This document shows, piece by piece, positions 33,289-45,900 of a stretch of DNA of 64,000 bases. The stretch lies in NCBI GenBank assembly GCA_016642085.1, contig VOQV01000003.1:15347-79346 (forward strand), given 5' to 3'. Both the position numbers and the translations under genes were made by a program. The notes under the pieces were generated by a model. The model had not been told where the DNA came from, made no database searches, and was given only the letters and a program-made list of their open reading frames with translations. The DNA is from Pantoea sp. Brub. GTDB taxonomy: Bacteria; Pseudomonadota; Gammaproteobacteria; Enterobacterales; Enterobacteriaceae. Numbering within the stretch: the first letter of the stretch is position 1; each line of letters starts with the position of its first letter.

Positions 33289-35172
33289 ATGTTTAGTAAA
33301 AAGAAAAATAGTTTTTTTGATAAAAGCACAATTGAAACAAAAAAATATTTATCCAGAATGTTATTAGTTTTTTTCAGTGTAGTATTATTTATACTAATAT
33401 TATTAATTAGTATTTATAAATTACAAGTTTTAGATATTAAAAAATATAATATTTACTCTAGTGAAAATCGTATCCAATATATTCCAATTGAATCTGTTAG
33501 AGGTCTTATATATGATCGTAATGGTATACCTTTGGCTATTAATAAAACTCTATATAGAGTTGAATTAATCCCAAACAAAATAAATGATTTAGATCAGACT
33601 ATTTTACATTTAAGTGATATTTTCGATATATCTGATAAAGATATTAAAATTTTTAAAAATAAACTCGATAAATCTTTTACTGTTTTTAATTCTATTCCAA
33701 TTATATATAATGTTAATGAACATCAAATTGCTAAATTTTATGTTAATAAACATTTATTTCCTGAAGTCTTAATAAAAAGTTATCCATTTCGTTATTATCC
33801 TTTTGGTAAAATATTAACTCATATTGTTGGATATGTTGGAAAATTTAATAATGATATAAATATATTCAATATTCATGATAAATATGATAGTTATTCTTTA
33901 ACTAGCAGCATAGGTAAAACAGGCATAGAAGCTTATTATGAAGATTTACTACATGGAATTAATGGTTATCGGGAAATTGAAACTAATAATCATCATTTTA
34001 TTAATAAATTTTCTCAACATTCATCTCAACCAGGATATAACATATATTTAACGATTGATTTAAAAATACAACAGTATATTGCATCATTACTTGTAAATAC
34101 TAAATCTTCAGTAATAGTAAGTGATCCACAAAACGGTGATATTTTAGCTATGGTGTCTAATCCTAGTTATGATCCTAATTTATTTATTGATGGTATTTCT
34201 GTAAAAGATTATAACAATTTGTTACATGATATTAATCATCCATTATATAATCGTTCAATTCAAGCAACATACCCTCCTGCATCAACAGTAAAACCTTATA
34301 TAGCAATATCTGCTCTTAGTTCTAGAATTATTAATGATAATGATATAATTTTTGATCCAGGTTGGTGGCATATACCAAATTCTAAACAATATTACCGTGA
34401 TTGGAAAAAATCAGGACATGGTTATGTTGATATAATAAAATCTATAGAAGAATCTTCTGATACATTTTTTTATCAAACAGCCCATGATATGGGCATTGAT
34501 AGATTGTCTCGATGGATGACAATATTTGGTTATGGTATACCTACTGGTATTGATTTACCTCAAGAAAATTCAGGTACTATGCCATCACGTAAGTGGAAAA
34601 CTAATTATTTACAAATACCTTGGTATAAGGGTGATACTATTCCAATTGGTATTGGTCAAGGATTTTGGACTGCTACACCAATGCAGATGAATAAATCAGT
34701 TATGATATTGGTTAATAATGGAGTTATTAGAAATCCACATATTCTACATATGATAAATAATAACTGTCAAGTAATTCCTTATAAACAGCTAAATATTAAA
34801 ACAATAAAAAATATTAATAATAATTATTGGTATATAGTTAAAAAAGGTATGTATGGCGTTGCTAATAATCCAAAAGGCACTGCTTATAGATATTTTATAA
34901 ATGCTCCATATAAAATAGCAGCTAAATCTGGAACAGCTCAGATATTTAGCTTAAAAAAAAGTCAGATTTATAATTCTCTTAAACTTGTTGAAAATTTAAG
35001 AGATCATAAATTGATGACAGCATTTGCTCCATATGACAAACCACGTGTAGTAGTGACTATAATCATGGAAAACGGAACTGGTCCTAAAGTAGGAATTATC
35101 ATGCGCAAGATTTTAGATTTTATTATTTTAAAACATAATGAAAACTATGAAATTAGAAAAACACATAAGTGA
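33289..35172 (+). CDS. mrdA: peptidoglycan D,D-transpeptidase (penicillin-binding protein 2)
   Basis: 627-aa ORF with an N-terminal membrane anchor, the active-site SxxK (ASTVKP) and the KSGT motif (AKSGTAQ). Confidence 0.93.
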   Translation: MFSKKKNSFFDKSTIETKKYLSRMLLVFFSVVLFILILLISIYKLQVLDIKKYNIYSSENRIQYIPIESVRGLIYDRNGIPLAINKTLYRVELIPNKINDLDQTILHLSDIFDISDKDIKIFKNKLDKSFTVFNSIPIIYNVNEHQIAKFYVNKHLFPEVLIKSYPFRYYPFGKILTHIVGYVGKFNNDINIFNIHDKYDSYSLTSSIGKTGIEAYYEDLLHGINGYREIETNNHHFINKFSQHSSQPGYNIYLTIDLKIQQYIASLLVNTKSSVIVSDPQNGDILAMVSNPSYDPNLFIDGISVKDYNNLLHDINHPLYNRSIQATYPPASTVKPYIAISALSSRIINDNDIIFDPGWWHIPNSKQYYRDWKKSGHGYVDIIKSIEESSDTFFYQTAHDMGIDRLSRWMTIFGYGIPTGIDLPQENSGTMPSRKWKTNYLQIPWYKGDTIPIGIGQGFWTATPMQMNKSVMILVNNGVIRNPHILHMINNNCQVIPYKQLNIKTIKNINNNYWYIVKKGMYGVANNPKGTAYRYFINAPYKIAAKSGTAQIFSLKKSQIYNSLKLVENLRDHKLMTAFAPYDKPRVVVTIIMENGTGPKVGIIMRKILDFIILKHNENYEIRKTHK

Positions 35173-35199
35173 TGTCTATTTATTTATAATATATATAAT

Positions 35200-36318
35200 A
35201 TGTCTATAAAAATATTTAATAACATACAAAAAAAAACTATTGGTCTAAATAAATATATAGATCCTGTTTTTTTGTTAATAATTATCTGTATACTAATGTA
35301 TAGTGTCTTTGTACTTTGGAGTGCTAGTGGTCAAAATATACATTTAATAGAAAGAAAAATTATTCAAATTACTATAGGTTTAATAGTAATGATATTAATG
35401 TCGCAAATACCACCATATGTATATGAAAATTTTATTTTTTATGTTTATTTGCTATGTTTATTATTGTTACTAATAGTAGATATTTATGGATATACTAGCA
35501 AAGGAGCACAACGTTGGTTAGATATAAATATACTACGGTTTCAACCGTCGGAACTTATTAAATTAGTATTACCAATCATGATATCTAGTTTTATTCATCG
35601 TAATATTATTTATTCTAAAACTTATAAAGGTATTTGTACTATTTTAATTTTAATTTTTATACCGGCTATATTAATAGCAAAAGAACCGGATCTCGGTACA
35701 GCTATTTTAGTAGCTATATCTGGTATATTAGTTTTAATTTTATCAGGTTTAAATTGGAAATTAATTAGTTTAATATTTATTAATATTTTTTTTTGTATGC
35801 CAATCATTTGGCATTTTTTTATGCAAAAATATCAAAAAAGTAGAATAATTATGTTATTATATCCAAGCAAGGCTCCTTTTAGTATTGGTTATCATATCAC
35901 CCAATCTAAAATAGCTATTAGTTCAGGTGGTTTATATGGAAAAGGTTGGTTACATGGTACTCAATCAAAATTTGGATTTTTACCAGAATGCCATACTGAT
36001 TTTATTTTTGCTGTTTTAGCAGAAGAATTAGGATTAATTGGCATATTTATTTTATTTTTTCTTTATTTTGCATTAATTTTACGTGGTTTATTATTATCAT
36101 TAAGTTCTACAAATGTTTTTGGTCGCATAACAATCAGTAGTTTAATGTTAATGTTTTTAATTTATATATTTATTAATGTAGGTATGGTTAGTGGTATTGT
36201 ACCAGTAGTTGGCGTGCCTTTACCAATATTTAGTTACGGTGGTTCGTCATTAATTGTATCTATGGCTGGATTTGGTATAATAATGTCTATTCACTCCTAT
36301 CGCAATAATATAATATAA
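35200..36318 (+). CDS. mrdB: peptidoglycan glycosyltransferase RodA (SEDS family)
   Basis: 372-aa polytopic ORF immediately after mrdA. RFQPSELIKL, EPDLGTA and ECHTDFIF are SEDS motifs. Confidence 0.93.
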   Translation: MSIKIFNNIQKKTIGLNKYIDPVFLLIIICILMYSVFVLWSASGQNIHLIERKIIQITIGLIVMILMSQIPPYVYENFIFYVYLLCLLLLLIVDIYGYTSKGAQRWLDINILRFQPSELIKLVLPIMISSFIHRNIIYSKTYKGICTILILIFIPAILIAKEPDLGTAILVAISGILVLILSGLNWKLISLIFINIFFCMPIIWHFFMQKYQKSRIIMLLYPSKAPFSIGYHITQSKIAISSGGLYGKGWLHGTQSKFGFLPECHTDFIFAVLAEELGLIGIFILFFLYFALILRGLLLSLSSTNVFGRITISSLMLMFLIYIFINVGMVSGIVPVVGVPLPIFSYGGSSLIVSMAGFGIIMSIHSYRNNII

Positions 36319-36383
36319 TATTCTAGAAGCATGAAGCATTGTTCATTCATAAAATACATTTTTAGCAAATTACTGATATTTAA

Positions 36384-37352
36384 TTAAATTGATACATTTT
36401 TATTTAATAATAAATGAGCTTGATAAGATGAGCGAACTAACGGTCCACATACGGCATTGTTAAAACCCATAGACAATGCTTGTTTTTTTAGATCATTAAA
36501 CTCTTGTGGACTTACATATCTTTGTACTGGTAAATGATTTTTACTAGGTTGTAAGTATTGTCCTAAAGTTAATATATTAACTTTATTTTTTCGCAAATCA
36601 TTCATGACTTGAATAAGTTCATCATTAGTTTCACCTAAACCTAACATTAAACTTGATTTAGAAGGAATATTAGGATGTTTTATTTTAAATTTTTTTAGTA
36701 ATTGCATAGATTTATTATAATTAGCACTAGGCCTAACTTGATCATATATACGTGGTACAGTTTCTATATTATGACTAAATACATCTGGAGGTTCACTTGT
36801 TATAATATCTAAAGCCCTATACATACAATTTCTAAAATCAGGAACTAATATTTCTATTTTTATAGTATTGTCTCTTTTGCGAATTTCATTAATGCATTTA
36901 GCAAAATGATTAGCACCTCCATCATATAAATCATCTCTATCTACAGATGTTATAACTACATATTTTAATTTCATATTTATGATAGTTTTTGCTAATTTTA
37001 CTGGTTCAGTGATATCAGGTAACATAGGTCGCCCATGTTGAATATTGCAAAATGGACATTTTCTTGTACAAATAACACCAAGAATCATAAAAGTTGCAGT
37101 ACCATAATTAAAACATTCATTTATATTCGGACAACAAGCTTCTTTACAAACAGAATTTAAATTATTCTTTTTCATTTCATATTTTACAAAGTTAATGCGA
37201 TTTGAATCTAAAGGTAATTTAATCTTAATCCAGTTTGGTTTGATTAATTTGTCTTTTGCTGTTAATGAATTTTTTATTATGATATTTTGTGTTTTAATTG
37301 TATTATGCTTCATGTTTAATTTGATATTTATAATATTGGATATGCAATGCAA
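36384..37352 (-). CDS. lipA: lipoyl synthase (radical SAM)
   Basis: 322-aa ORF with CEEA-type [12 protein letters not shown] and the radical-SAM motif CTRKCPFC. The start is either 37352 or the in-frame ATG 39 nt downstream (MKHNTIK...). Confidence 0.93.
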   Translation of the reverse strand: MHCISNIINIKLNMKHNTIKTQNIIIKNSLTAKDKLIKPNWIKIKLPLDSNRINFVKYEMKKNNLNSVCKEACCPNINECFNYGTATFMILGVICTRKCPFCNIQHGRPMLPDITEPVKLAKTIINMKLKYVVITSVDRDDLYDGGANHFAKCINEIRKRDNTIKIEILVPDFRNCMYRALDIITSEPPDVFSHNIETVPRIYDQVRPSANYNKSMQLLKKFKIKHPNIPSKSSLMLGLGETNDELIQVMNDLRKNKVNILTLGQYLQPSKNHLPVQRYVSPQEFNDLKKQALSMGFNNAVCGPLVRSSYQAHLLLNKNVSI

Positions 37353-37356
37353 AAAT

Positions 37357-38019
37357 TTAATATTGTGTGATATTAAATGGTTTCCATATGTATTTATTAT
37401 AATGCATTAATTTACTAAATTCTGATACTAATAATATTAGTACATCATTAATATTAATATTTGAATTAAAATGTTGTAACTTTGTCATTTTCATATCAAT
37501 TAATCCACATGGATTAATATTTAAAAAAGGTTTTAAATCTACTGTTACATTTAACGCTAATCCATGAAACGAACAACCTCTACTTATCCGTAATCCAAGA
37601 GAACAAATTTTTTTATTATCTACATATATACCTGGAGCATCTAAACGTGCATAAGACTTCACATTAAAAACTATTAAAGTGTTAATTACAGTTTTTTCTA
37701 ATATAGAAATTAATTGACGAATATTTATTTTTTTACGCTTTAAGTCAATTAATATATACATTAATTGTTGTCCTGGTCCATGATAAGTAATTTTTCCACC
37801 TCTATCACTTTTTACTATTGGGATATTTTTTGGAAAAGTTTTTATATTGTCATATTGTTTACTAGTACTTCCTTGAGTAAAAATTGAATAATGTTCTGCT
37901 AACCATAGTTCATCTGAACTATTAGCATCTCTGTGTTTAGTATAATAATGCATTGCTTTATATACTAATTCCCAATGATATAAATGTAAATTTCTAACTA
38001 CAAGTGTTTTATATGACAA
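37357..38019 (-). CDS. lipB: octanoyltransferase
   Basis: 220-aa ORF with [12 protein letters not shown] and the catalytic Cys context NKKICSLG. Confidence 0.92.
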   Translation of the reverse strand: MSYKTLVVRNLHLYHWELVYKAMHYYTKHRDANSSDELWLAEHYSIFTQGSTSKQYDNIKTFPKNIPIVKSDRGGKITYHGPGQQLMYILIDLKRKKINIRQLISILEKTVINTLIVFNVKSYARLDAPGIYVDNKKICSLGLRISRGCSFHGLALNVTVDLKPFLNINPCGLIDMKMTKLQHFNSNININDVLILLVSEFSKLMHYNKYIWKPFNITQY

Positions 38020-38098
38020 AACACATTTTTTCCTAAAATTTATTTTTTTTATAATATAACATATCTATTTATTAAATATAAATTAATTATTATAAAAT

Positions 38099-38120
38099 AA
38101 AAAACCCGCCGTTAGGCGGG
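38099..38120 (-). terminator. classical GC-rich Rho-independent terminator of cspE
   Basis: On the minus strand CCCGCC-TAAC-GGCGGG is followed by TTTTTT (plus-strand stem 38105-38120, A-run 38099-38104). It lies about 34 nt downstream of the cspE stop and is the only GC-rich hairpin I see in the window. Confidence 0.85.
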
Positions 38121-38153
38121 TAGTTATAATCTAGCAGTTAAACATTATAGTTT

Positions 38154-38363
38154 TTACAAACCAATAACATTAGCAGCAGATGGGCCTTTAGCTCCGTCAG
38201 TTATTTCAAATTCAACACGTTGACCTTCAGCTAGAGTTTTGAAACCACTACTCTGAATAGCAGAGAAATGTACAAATACGTCTTTACTGCCATCTTCAGG
38301 TGTAATAAATCCAAATCCTTTAGATTCATTAAACCATTTAACATTACCTTTGATTTTAGACAT
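38154..38363 (-). CDS. cspE: cold-shock-like protein CspE
   Basis: 69-aa ORF differing from E. coli CspE at only a few positions ([37 protein letters not shown]...). Confidence 0.95.
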   Translation of the reverse strand: MSKIKGNVKWFNESKGFGFITPEDGSKDVFVHFSAIQSSGFKTLAEGQRVEFEITDGAKGPSAANVIGL

Positions 38364-38965
38364 CTAAAATTACCTTTACATAGAAAAATAGAAACTTACT
38401 ATCAGTATTCAATATAATAATAAAGACATTTATTTATTACAATGTTATAAACATCAATATTATATATCATATATTTTATTTTATAAAAAAATAAACATAA
38501 AAACATAATTTGAGTAAAATAAATCAGATAACATTATTTAATAATCGTAATTATGTTTTATAATATAATTTGTATTTATTCAATAAATGCAAATTATAAA
38601 ATTTAATTAAATTCAAATCATTTTTGTACACTATAAATAATAACATCATTTGTATATATACTAAATATAATTAATAAATTAATATTAATTATAGTGATTA
38701 TATTGTTATATATTATATGTATGTTAAGATTATTAGAATAACAAGTATAATTATTATTTTAAACATCGTGCAATACGTACTATTTTATATTGTATGATAT
38801 TAATTTAAGTATAGCAATATAATTTTTAATAAGATAAGTATACATGTAATATATCATTTTTGCAGTATATAAATTTATAATAAAAACTTAATTAAATTAG
38901 TTCATTAGATACACTTATATAGAGAATCTATAAAAATATATGTTTAAATCAATTGTTCATTAAAT

Positions 38966-40246
38966 TTAATTGACTATTAAATATAACATTCCAGAAATAG
39001 TTATTAAACCAATCAATACCACAAAATAATTACTAATTTTACCCCTATATTTATTCATTATTGCAGTTTTTCGAATAGCATACATTGGCATTAAAAATAA
39101 AATTATAGAAACTACTGGTCCTCCTAAAGTGTCTATCATTTTTAAAATATTAGGATTTATTGTTGCTGTCAACCAAGATGATAATAAAACAAACAGTAAT
39201 GATAAATTATTTAATTTAGTTAAATTAATATGATCATTAAACAATTTAGTAACTATTCTGTTAAAACTTTCTCTAACTCCTAAGTAATGACCAAAAAAGG
39301 ACTTAGCTATAGCAATAATAGCAAGTAATGGACTTAGCCAAGCTATTATAGGAGAATGTAAATGATTAGCAAGATAGGATAATATAGTAATATTTTGTTG
39401 TTTAGCAACCTGCAAGTCTGTCGTAGATAAACTAAGAACACAACTAAAAACAAAAAACATCACTGTAATTATCATTAATAAATGAGAATAAGTAAGAATA
39501 TTGTAACATTTATTTTCTGCATTATCTCCATATTCTTTACGTTTGACAAGTGCAAAATAAGATATAATTGATATATGATTAAAAGAGAAAACTAACACTG
39601 GTAGTGCTAACCATAATGTCATCCACAAATTATTAACATTTAATAAAAATATATTTAAGGTTTTTAAAGTAGCTAATTGCCAATGTGGAATTAAATAAAA
39701 AGTAATTAACATTAATATAATAATAAATGGATAAACTAATATAGTTGTTGCTTTTATAATAATTTTTTCATCAAAATAAATTACAATCATCATAGATGAT
39801 ATTAATATTAGAGATAAAATTATGCGTGATGGAGGTGTTAATTGTAATTGATTAATAATAAAACTATTTACTGTGTTAGTCATTGCTACGCCGTACATTA
39901 GTAATGTTGGATAAATTCCAAAAAAATAAAATAGTATAATTATATTACCAATATTAATACCAAAATGTTCTTCTATTACTTTAGTAATATCTCCTGTTGG
40001 ATCTTTTCCTGATAAAACAAAACGAGTTAAAGCTAGATGAGAAAAAAAAATAGTAGGAAAAGCAAGAATAGTTATAATAATTAATGGTATTAATCCACCA
40101 ATTCCTGCATTAATAGGCAAAAATAGTGCTCCTGCACCTATTGCAGTACCATATAAACTTAATACCCAAATAGTATCATTCTTATGCCATTTTTTTTGAA
40201 TAGATAATTTAGCAATATTTAGTTTGCTAGTTTTATTAATTTTCAT
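38966..40246 (-). CDS. sdaC: serine transporter (HAAAP family, SdaC/TdcC type)
   Basis: 426-aa polytopic ORF. LYGTAIGAGALFLPINAGIGGLIPLII and TRFVLSGKDPTGDITKVIEEHFG closely follow E. coli SdaC. Confidence 0.85.
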   Translation of the reverse strand: MKINKTSKLNIAKLSIQKKWHKNDTIWVLSLYGTAIGAGALFLPINAGIGGLIPLIIITILAFPTIFFSHLALTRFVLSGKDPTGDITKVIEEHFGINIGNIIILFYFFGIYPTLLMYGVAMTNTVNSFIINQLQLTPPSRIILSLILISSMMIVIYFDEKIIIKATTILVYPFIIILMLITFYLIPHWQLATLKTLNIFLLNVNNLWMTLWLALPVLVFSFNHISIISYFALVKRKEYGDNAENKCYNILTYSHLLMIITVMFFVFSCVLSLSTTDLQVAKQQNITILSYLANHLHSPIIAWLSPLLAIIAIAKSFFGHYLGVRESFNRIVTKLFNDHINLTKLNNLSLLFVLLSSWLTATINPNILKMIDTLGGPVVSIILFLMPMYAIRKTAIMNKYRGKISNYFVVLIGLITISGMLYLIVN

Positions 40247-40721
40247 TTAATTCTCCAAATCATTTTTATTTTTTTTAAAAAGTTATTTTATATTTAATAT
40301 AAATATATTACATATATTAATATTTAATTATTTGTTATAAAAAATAATTTTGATTATAAATAGGCTGAATATAAATATTATTTATATTCAGCATAAAATA
40401 GTTATTACTTAGGAAAAATTAATAATTTGCAGTATAATTCATAACACAATTTAACAATGCAATTTAATTTAATGTAAGTTATTTATGTGTAATTAAATTG
40501 TATTAATTTAAATTATGAATGTTTAATAAGAACAATATGAATTATTATTTAATCATGGCTTGTTAATTTAAGTCAAAAAAATATAATAAAATTTATTTAT
40601 TAAAATGAGTATTAATTATAAATTATTAACCTGATTATAAATTTGTTAAATTATATTTTAATGTTAAATATTTAGATTTTTTAAGTTGAATAATGTGTGT
40701 GATAGCAGATATTGTGAATTT

Positions 40722-40797
40722 TGGAGCGGGAAACGAGATTCGAACTCGCGACCCCAACCTTGGCAAGGTTGTACTCTACCAACTGAGCTATTCCCGC
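40722..40797 (-). tRNA. glyV: tRNA-Gly (GCC), CCA encoded
   Basis: The reverse complement reads GCGGGAATAGCTCAGTTGGTAGAGTACAACCTTGCCAAGGTTGGGGTCGCGAGTTCGAATCTCGTTTCCCGCTCCA, near-identical to E. coli tRNA-Gly(GCC). It is adjacent to orn as in E. coli. Confidence 0.93.
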
Positions 40798-40925
40798 ATA
40801 TCGGTATAATACTATTTAACTGATCTCCTTTAATAGTAGAATAACTATCTATTAATAATAGTGCAACATTTAAATATTAAAAAATATAATAATATTTAAT
40901 ATTATATATATATCAGTTATATAAT

Positions 40926-41465
40926 TTATAATTTGAATAAGTTATCACGATAGTAAATTAATTCTGATATAGAATTAATTATGTCTTCTAGAGCTTTATG
41001 TGGATATTTTTTTTTAAAATTTATTAAAATTTCTGGTTTCCACCTTCGTGCTATTTCTTTTAAAGAACTAACATCTAAATATCTATAATGAAAATAAGAT
41101 TCTAATTTTGGCATATATTCAAATAAAAAACGTCGATCTTGACCTATACTATTACCACATATAGGAGAAGTATTTATAGGAACCCATTTTTTTAAAAAAT
41201 TTATTGTAAGTTGTTCAGCATGGTTTTCTTGAAATGTACTTATTTTAACTCTATTAATTAAACCACTATTAGTATGAGTACGAATATTCCATTCATCCAT
41301 TAAAGCAATTTGATAATCAGATTGATGTATTGCGATCACTGGGCCTATAGCTAAAATATCTAATTTAGCATTAGTTACTATTGTAGCAATTTCAATAATA
41401 CGATGTATTTTTGGATTTAATCCAGTCATTTCTAAATCAATCCAAATTAAATTACTTTCATTCAT
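40926..41465 (-). CDS. orn: oligoribonuclease
   Basis: The ORF track runs to 41498. The start [16 protein letters not shown] (ATG 41465) fits E. coli Orn ([18 protein letters not shown]). DEDDh exonuclease motifs are present. Confidence 0.9.
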   Translation of the reverse strand: MNESNLIWIDLEMTGLNPKIHRIIEIATIVTNAKLDILAIGPVIAIHQSDYQIALMDEWNIRTHTNSGLINRVKISTFQENHAEQLTINFLKKWVPINTSPICGNSIGQDRRFLFEYMPKLESYFHYRYLDVSSLKEIARRWKPEILINFKKKYPHKALEDIINSISELIYYRDNLFKL

Positions 41466-42026
41466 CATTAAAATCATATCCTGAAAAATAAGATACAAAT
41501 AAATATTTATTATTGATATTGTTACTTATAATATCATTATCTATCAATATTATATATTATGAAATATTTAAAATATATTAATATTATTGCATACGGACAT
41601 ATTATTTATTTTTTAGATTTATTGTTAATTTTACTGAAATATTATAATATATTGACAATTTATGTTATTGGATTTCTTTTCTTATTATAAATCAGTTTTA
41701 AACTTAAACGCATTAATTATAAATTTGCAAATTTATTGCTTTATTAAAAATTACTAATAATATATTCTTAATTAAAATTCATAAAAATAATGAATTTAAC
41801 CTATTTATATTTTATTAATATTAAAGTCTACAATGATAGATACCTATTATTTAATAATAACATATTTTAATTGTTTAATTTAATTAACATTCCAACATAT
41901 AGCTTGTGTTATATTTAATAAAATTAATAAAATTATAATGACATAATAATATTGACCATTCAAAAAAAAATAATACATTATACTTATTATTTTTTATGCA
42001 AAAATTATAACTAGGATTATACAGCG

Positions 42027-42899
42027 TTGCGTCGTTTTAAACATTATGTAATTTTATATGTGTTACAAAAAAATATAACTACATTAGTAGGTTATCTTTC
42101 TAATTGTAAACTAGGTTTTTTAACAAAATTATATATTAATATATTTGTCTGGTTTTACAAAATAAATATGCATGAAGCATTAGAACAAAATATATCTAAT
42201 TATTTAACTTTTAATAATTTTTTTATAAGATATTTAAAAAAAGACGTACGTCCTATTGATCTAAATATAAACGTTATTACAGCACCAGCAGACGGCCAAA
42301 TTAGTCAATTTGGAAACATTAATTACAATCAACTTATTCAAGCTAAACAATATTATTATACTCTTAATGAACTATTAGCTGGTGATAACATAATGTCTTC
42401 AAAATTTTTAAATGGACAATTTATTACTACTTATCTTGCACCTTATAATTATCATCGTGTTCATATGCCTTACAAAGGTGTATTACGTGAGATGATCTAT
42501 GTCCCTGGTAGTTTATATTCATTAAGTTCACATAATTTAAATAAAATTTCAAATATTTTTACTAAAAATGAAAGGGTAATTTGTTATTTTGATACTGATA
42601 TAGGTCCAATGGTACAAATTTTAGTAGGAGCGATAATTGTAGGTAGTATTGAAACTGTTTGGGCAGGAATTGTAACTCCACCACATAAAAATAAAATTCA
42701 CAAATGGTATTATCATTCCTTAAATCAAAATAAAATAACATTATTAAAAGGACAAGAAATGGGTTTATTTAAATTAGGTTCTACGGTGATTAATCTATTT
42801 GCAAAAAAATATATTAAATTATCTAAACATTTGCAACTAAATGATAAAATATGTGTAGGTCAACCATTAGGTAATGTGTTACATTCATCTATAAAATAA
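42027..42899 (+). CDS. psd: phosphatidylserine decarboxylase proenzyme (TTG start)
   Basis: 290-aa ORF colinear with E. coli Psd from the first residues. It has the self-cleavage LGST motif (FKLGSTVINLF). Confidence 0.92.
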   Translation: MRRFKHYVILYVLQKNITTLVGYLSNCKLGFLTKLYINIFVWFYKINMHEALEQNISNYLTFNNFFIRYLKKDVRPIDLNINVITAPADGQISQFGNINYNQLIQAKQYYYTLNELLAGDNIMSSKFLNGQFITTYLAPYNYHRVHMPYKGVLREMIYVPGSLYSLSSHNLNKISNIFTKNERVICYFDTDIGPMVQILVGAIIVGSIETVWAGIVTPPHKNKIHKWYYHSLNQNKITLLKGQEMGLFKLGSTVINLFAKKYIKLSKHLQLNDKICVGQPLGNVLHSSIK

Positions 42900-42944
42900 A
42901 CATTATAAAGCTATTCAATAATTAATATATAGTATAGTTATAGT

Positions 42945-45900
42945 ATGCGTACAATTTGTATTTTATTTTTTATATTATTTACAAATGATATATCATTTGC
43001 GTTAAATTTTTCTCTATTTGATCTATCTAAAAATATCAAAGAATTACAAAATATTAATAATCTAAAGCCTATATCAAAAATTAAATCTCCTGTACTTAAC
43101 AAAAAAAGTATTCTTAAGAAAAAGCAAATTTCTTTGTCAAAAATAAAAAAATATAGGAATATAATTGATAATTACGTAAATCTTATTTATGAAATACGGC
43201 AACAAATTTATAGATTGCAATATAAATACAAAATTGTTGATCCTAATGTAAATTCAAAAAATGTTCTTTTAGATCAAGAAATTTTAAAAGCTACTAATCA
43301 ACTAATAGAAGAAGAACAACATATAACAAAAGAATATGACAATATTAATGAAATTAATAATACATTATTAAAAACTAATAAGACTGCTAACAATTTTAAT
43401 GAATCAAATACTATAGACACACATATTTCAAATCGTAGTTTAACCCTTAAAAACAATGAATTACTAACTGATCTTAATAAAATATATGCTATTGAATTAG
43501 AAACAGCAAAAATATCTGCAAATTATCGCAAAGAATTATCTCGTATGCGAATTAAGTTTCATCAATTAAAAATTATTTTTTTATGCCAATATTTACAAAA
43601 ATTACATACAAAAATAAATAATAAATATATTCAATATGGTAAACAAAAAGATGTATATCTTATACAGGATTCACTTAGTAACAAAAATCTTTCTAAAGAT
43701 TTACATGATAATTTAAAATCAGTCAATGATTTGTCTATGCAAGAAATTTTTATTAATAAAAAAATAATTAAAGTTCAAAAATTAATTGATTTCTTGCGTG
43801 AAAAATCTCTGTGGTCAAGTTTTTCAAATACATTAAGTAATAATTTAAAAGAAGAATTATCCAATTTACCTGAAATTCCAAAATATCAAGACATAAATAG
43901 TGAAGTCATTAAACTAAAAGTAAAAAAAATACATTATGAAAATTTACTAAGAGATCAAGAAATATTATTTAAACAATATCATTCATATCATCCATCAAAT
44001 TCATTAACTAATAATAATAAAATATACTTATCATCTAAATATAAATTAATCAATTTATTAATAGCTAGTTTTGACAGTTTAATTATAGAAATGAATAATT
44101 TAAAAATAGCAAAATTTCAATTAATAGAACTGATTGATAAAATTAAGTATTTAATACATCAACAACTTTTTTGGAGTACTGATATTAATCAATTAAGTAC
44201 TAAAGATTTATTAAATATTATTAATGAAATACGTTATATGTTATCTTTTCGTGTTTTGTATTGCTTAAAACAAAGTTTAATGAATACTTTTATGAATAAA
44301 ACTGCTGTTATACATATTTTACTATCTTTATTAGTATTAATAGTTGGCATCATCTTATATCATAAGTATAATTTATTTTTAAATTATTCAGCTAATAAAA
44401 TAGGTAATGTAACTCAAGACCGTTTTGATTTTACTATTCGTACTGTGTTATGGTCTATTTTAATTTCTATTCCTATTCCACTGTTATGGAGAACATTTTT
44501 TTCTTCTTTAGAAAACTCTTCGTCACATCTTATCATTATAGCTATAAGTGATAGTTTAGTAAATATTACGCCAATATTAATTGTTTTAATATTAAATGTG
44601 ATTTTTACTAAATCAAATGGTTTGTTTGTCATGCATTTTCGTTGGTCAAAAGTTTTAGTACAACGTTGTATGAATTGCTGTTTAATGACAATTTGTGTTC
44701 TGTTACCTTTATTAATTATGTTAATAACTCTTGATAATTTAGAAGGTTATAAAAAGTATTCTGATTTAAGTCGTTTATGTTTTATATTAATTTGCTTTGT
44801 AATTAGTATATGTAGTTTAAATTTAAAAAAAATGAATATTCCTTTGTATTTAAATAAAAAAGAAAATAGTAAAAATTTTTTAAATTATACTTTATGGAAT
44901 ATAGTAACTATATTACCATTAATTTCGGCTGGTTTTTCTATAATGGGTTATTTATCAATAGCTAAAATAATTTTGCTAAATATAGAAATATCAAATATTA
45001 TTTGGTTTGCTTTAGTAATAATCTATCATATCATCCGACGTTGGATGTTAATTCAACATCGTCGTTTGAGTTTTAATAGAGCCAAACAAAAACGTGCTGA
45101 AATACTTGCTAATCGAGCACGTAATGAAGAAGAAAAAGAACAAGGTATTCAACAACAAAATATTGATTCTTTAGAAATAGAGGAACCACTACTTGATCTA
45201 GATATAATTAGTGCTCAGTCTTTAAAATTAGTTCGGTGGTTTTTAATGTTAATTGGTACAACATTATTGATTTTTTCATGGTCTAAAATTCGACCAGCAT
45301 TTATTTTTTTTGAAGATGTTCAATTGTGGGATATGAATAGTTTAATGCAAAATGGTGGTCCTCCCCGGATTATTACTCTTGGTGCAGTATTGATAGCTAG
45401 TGCAATATTTATTATTACTATGCAATTAGTACGGAATATGCCAGCATTACTTGAGCTAATACTATTACGTTACCTAGATTTAAGACCTAGTACTAATTAT
45501 GCTATTTCTACATTAACTAAATATCTTACATTAATATTTGGTGGGTTAATTGGTTTATCATTGATTGGAGTGGATTGGTCAAAATTACAATGGTTGATTG
45601 CTGCATTGGGTGTTGGTTTAGGTTTTGGATTACAAGAAATTTTTGCTAATTTTGTTTCCGGATTAATTGTACTCTTTGAAAGACCAATTCGTATAGGCGA
45701 TACAGTTACTATTCGAGATTTAACTGGGAGTATAACTAAAATAAACACTCGTGCTACAACTATTACTGATTGGGATCGTAAAGAAATTATAGTACCAAAT
45801 AAAGCATTTATAACTGAACAATTTGTAAATTGGTCATTATCAGATTCAGTCACACGCGTAGTTTTAACTATTCCAACATTAAATACAGTAGCTAGTGAAA

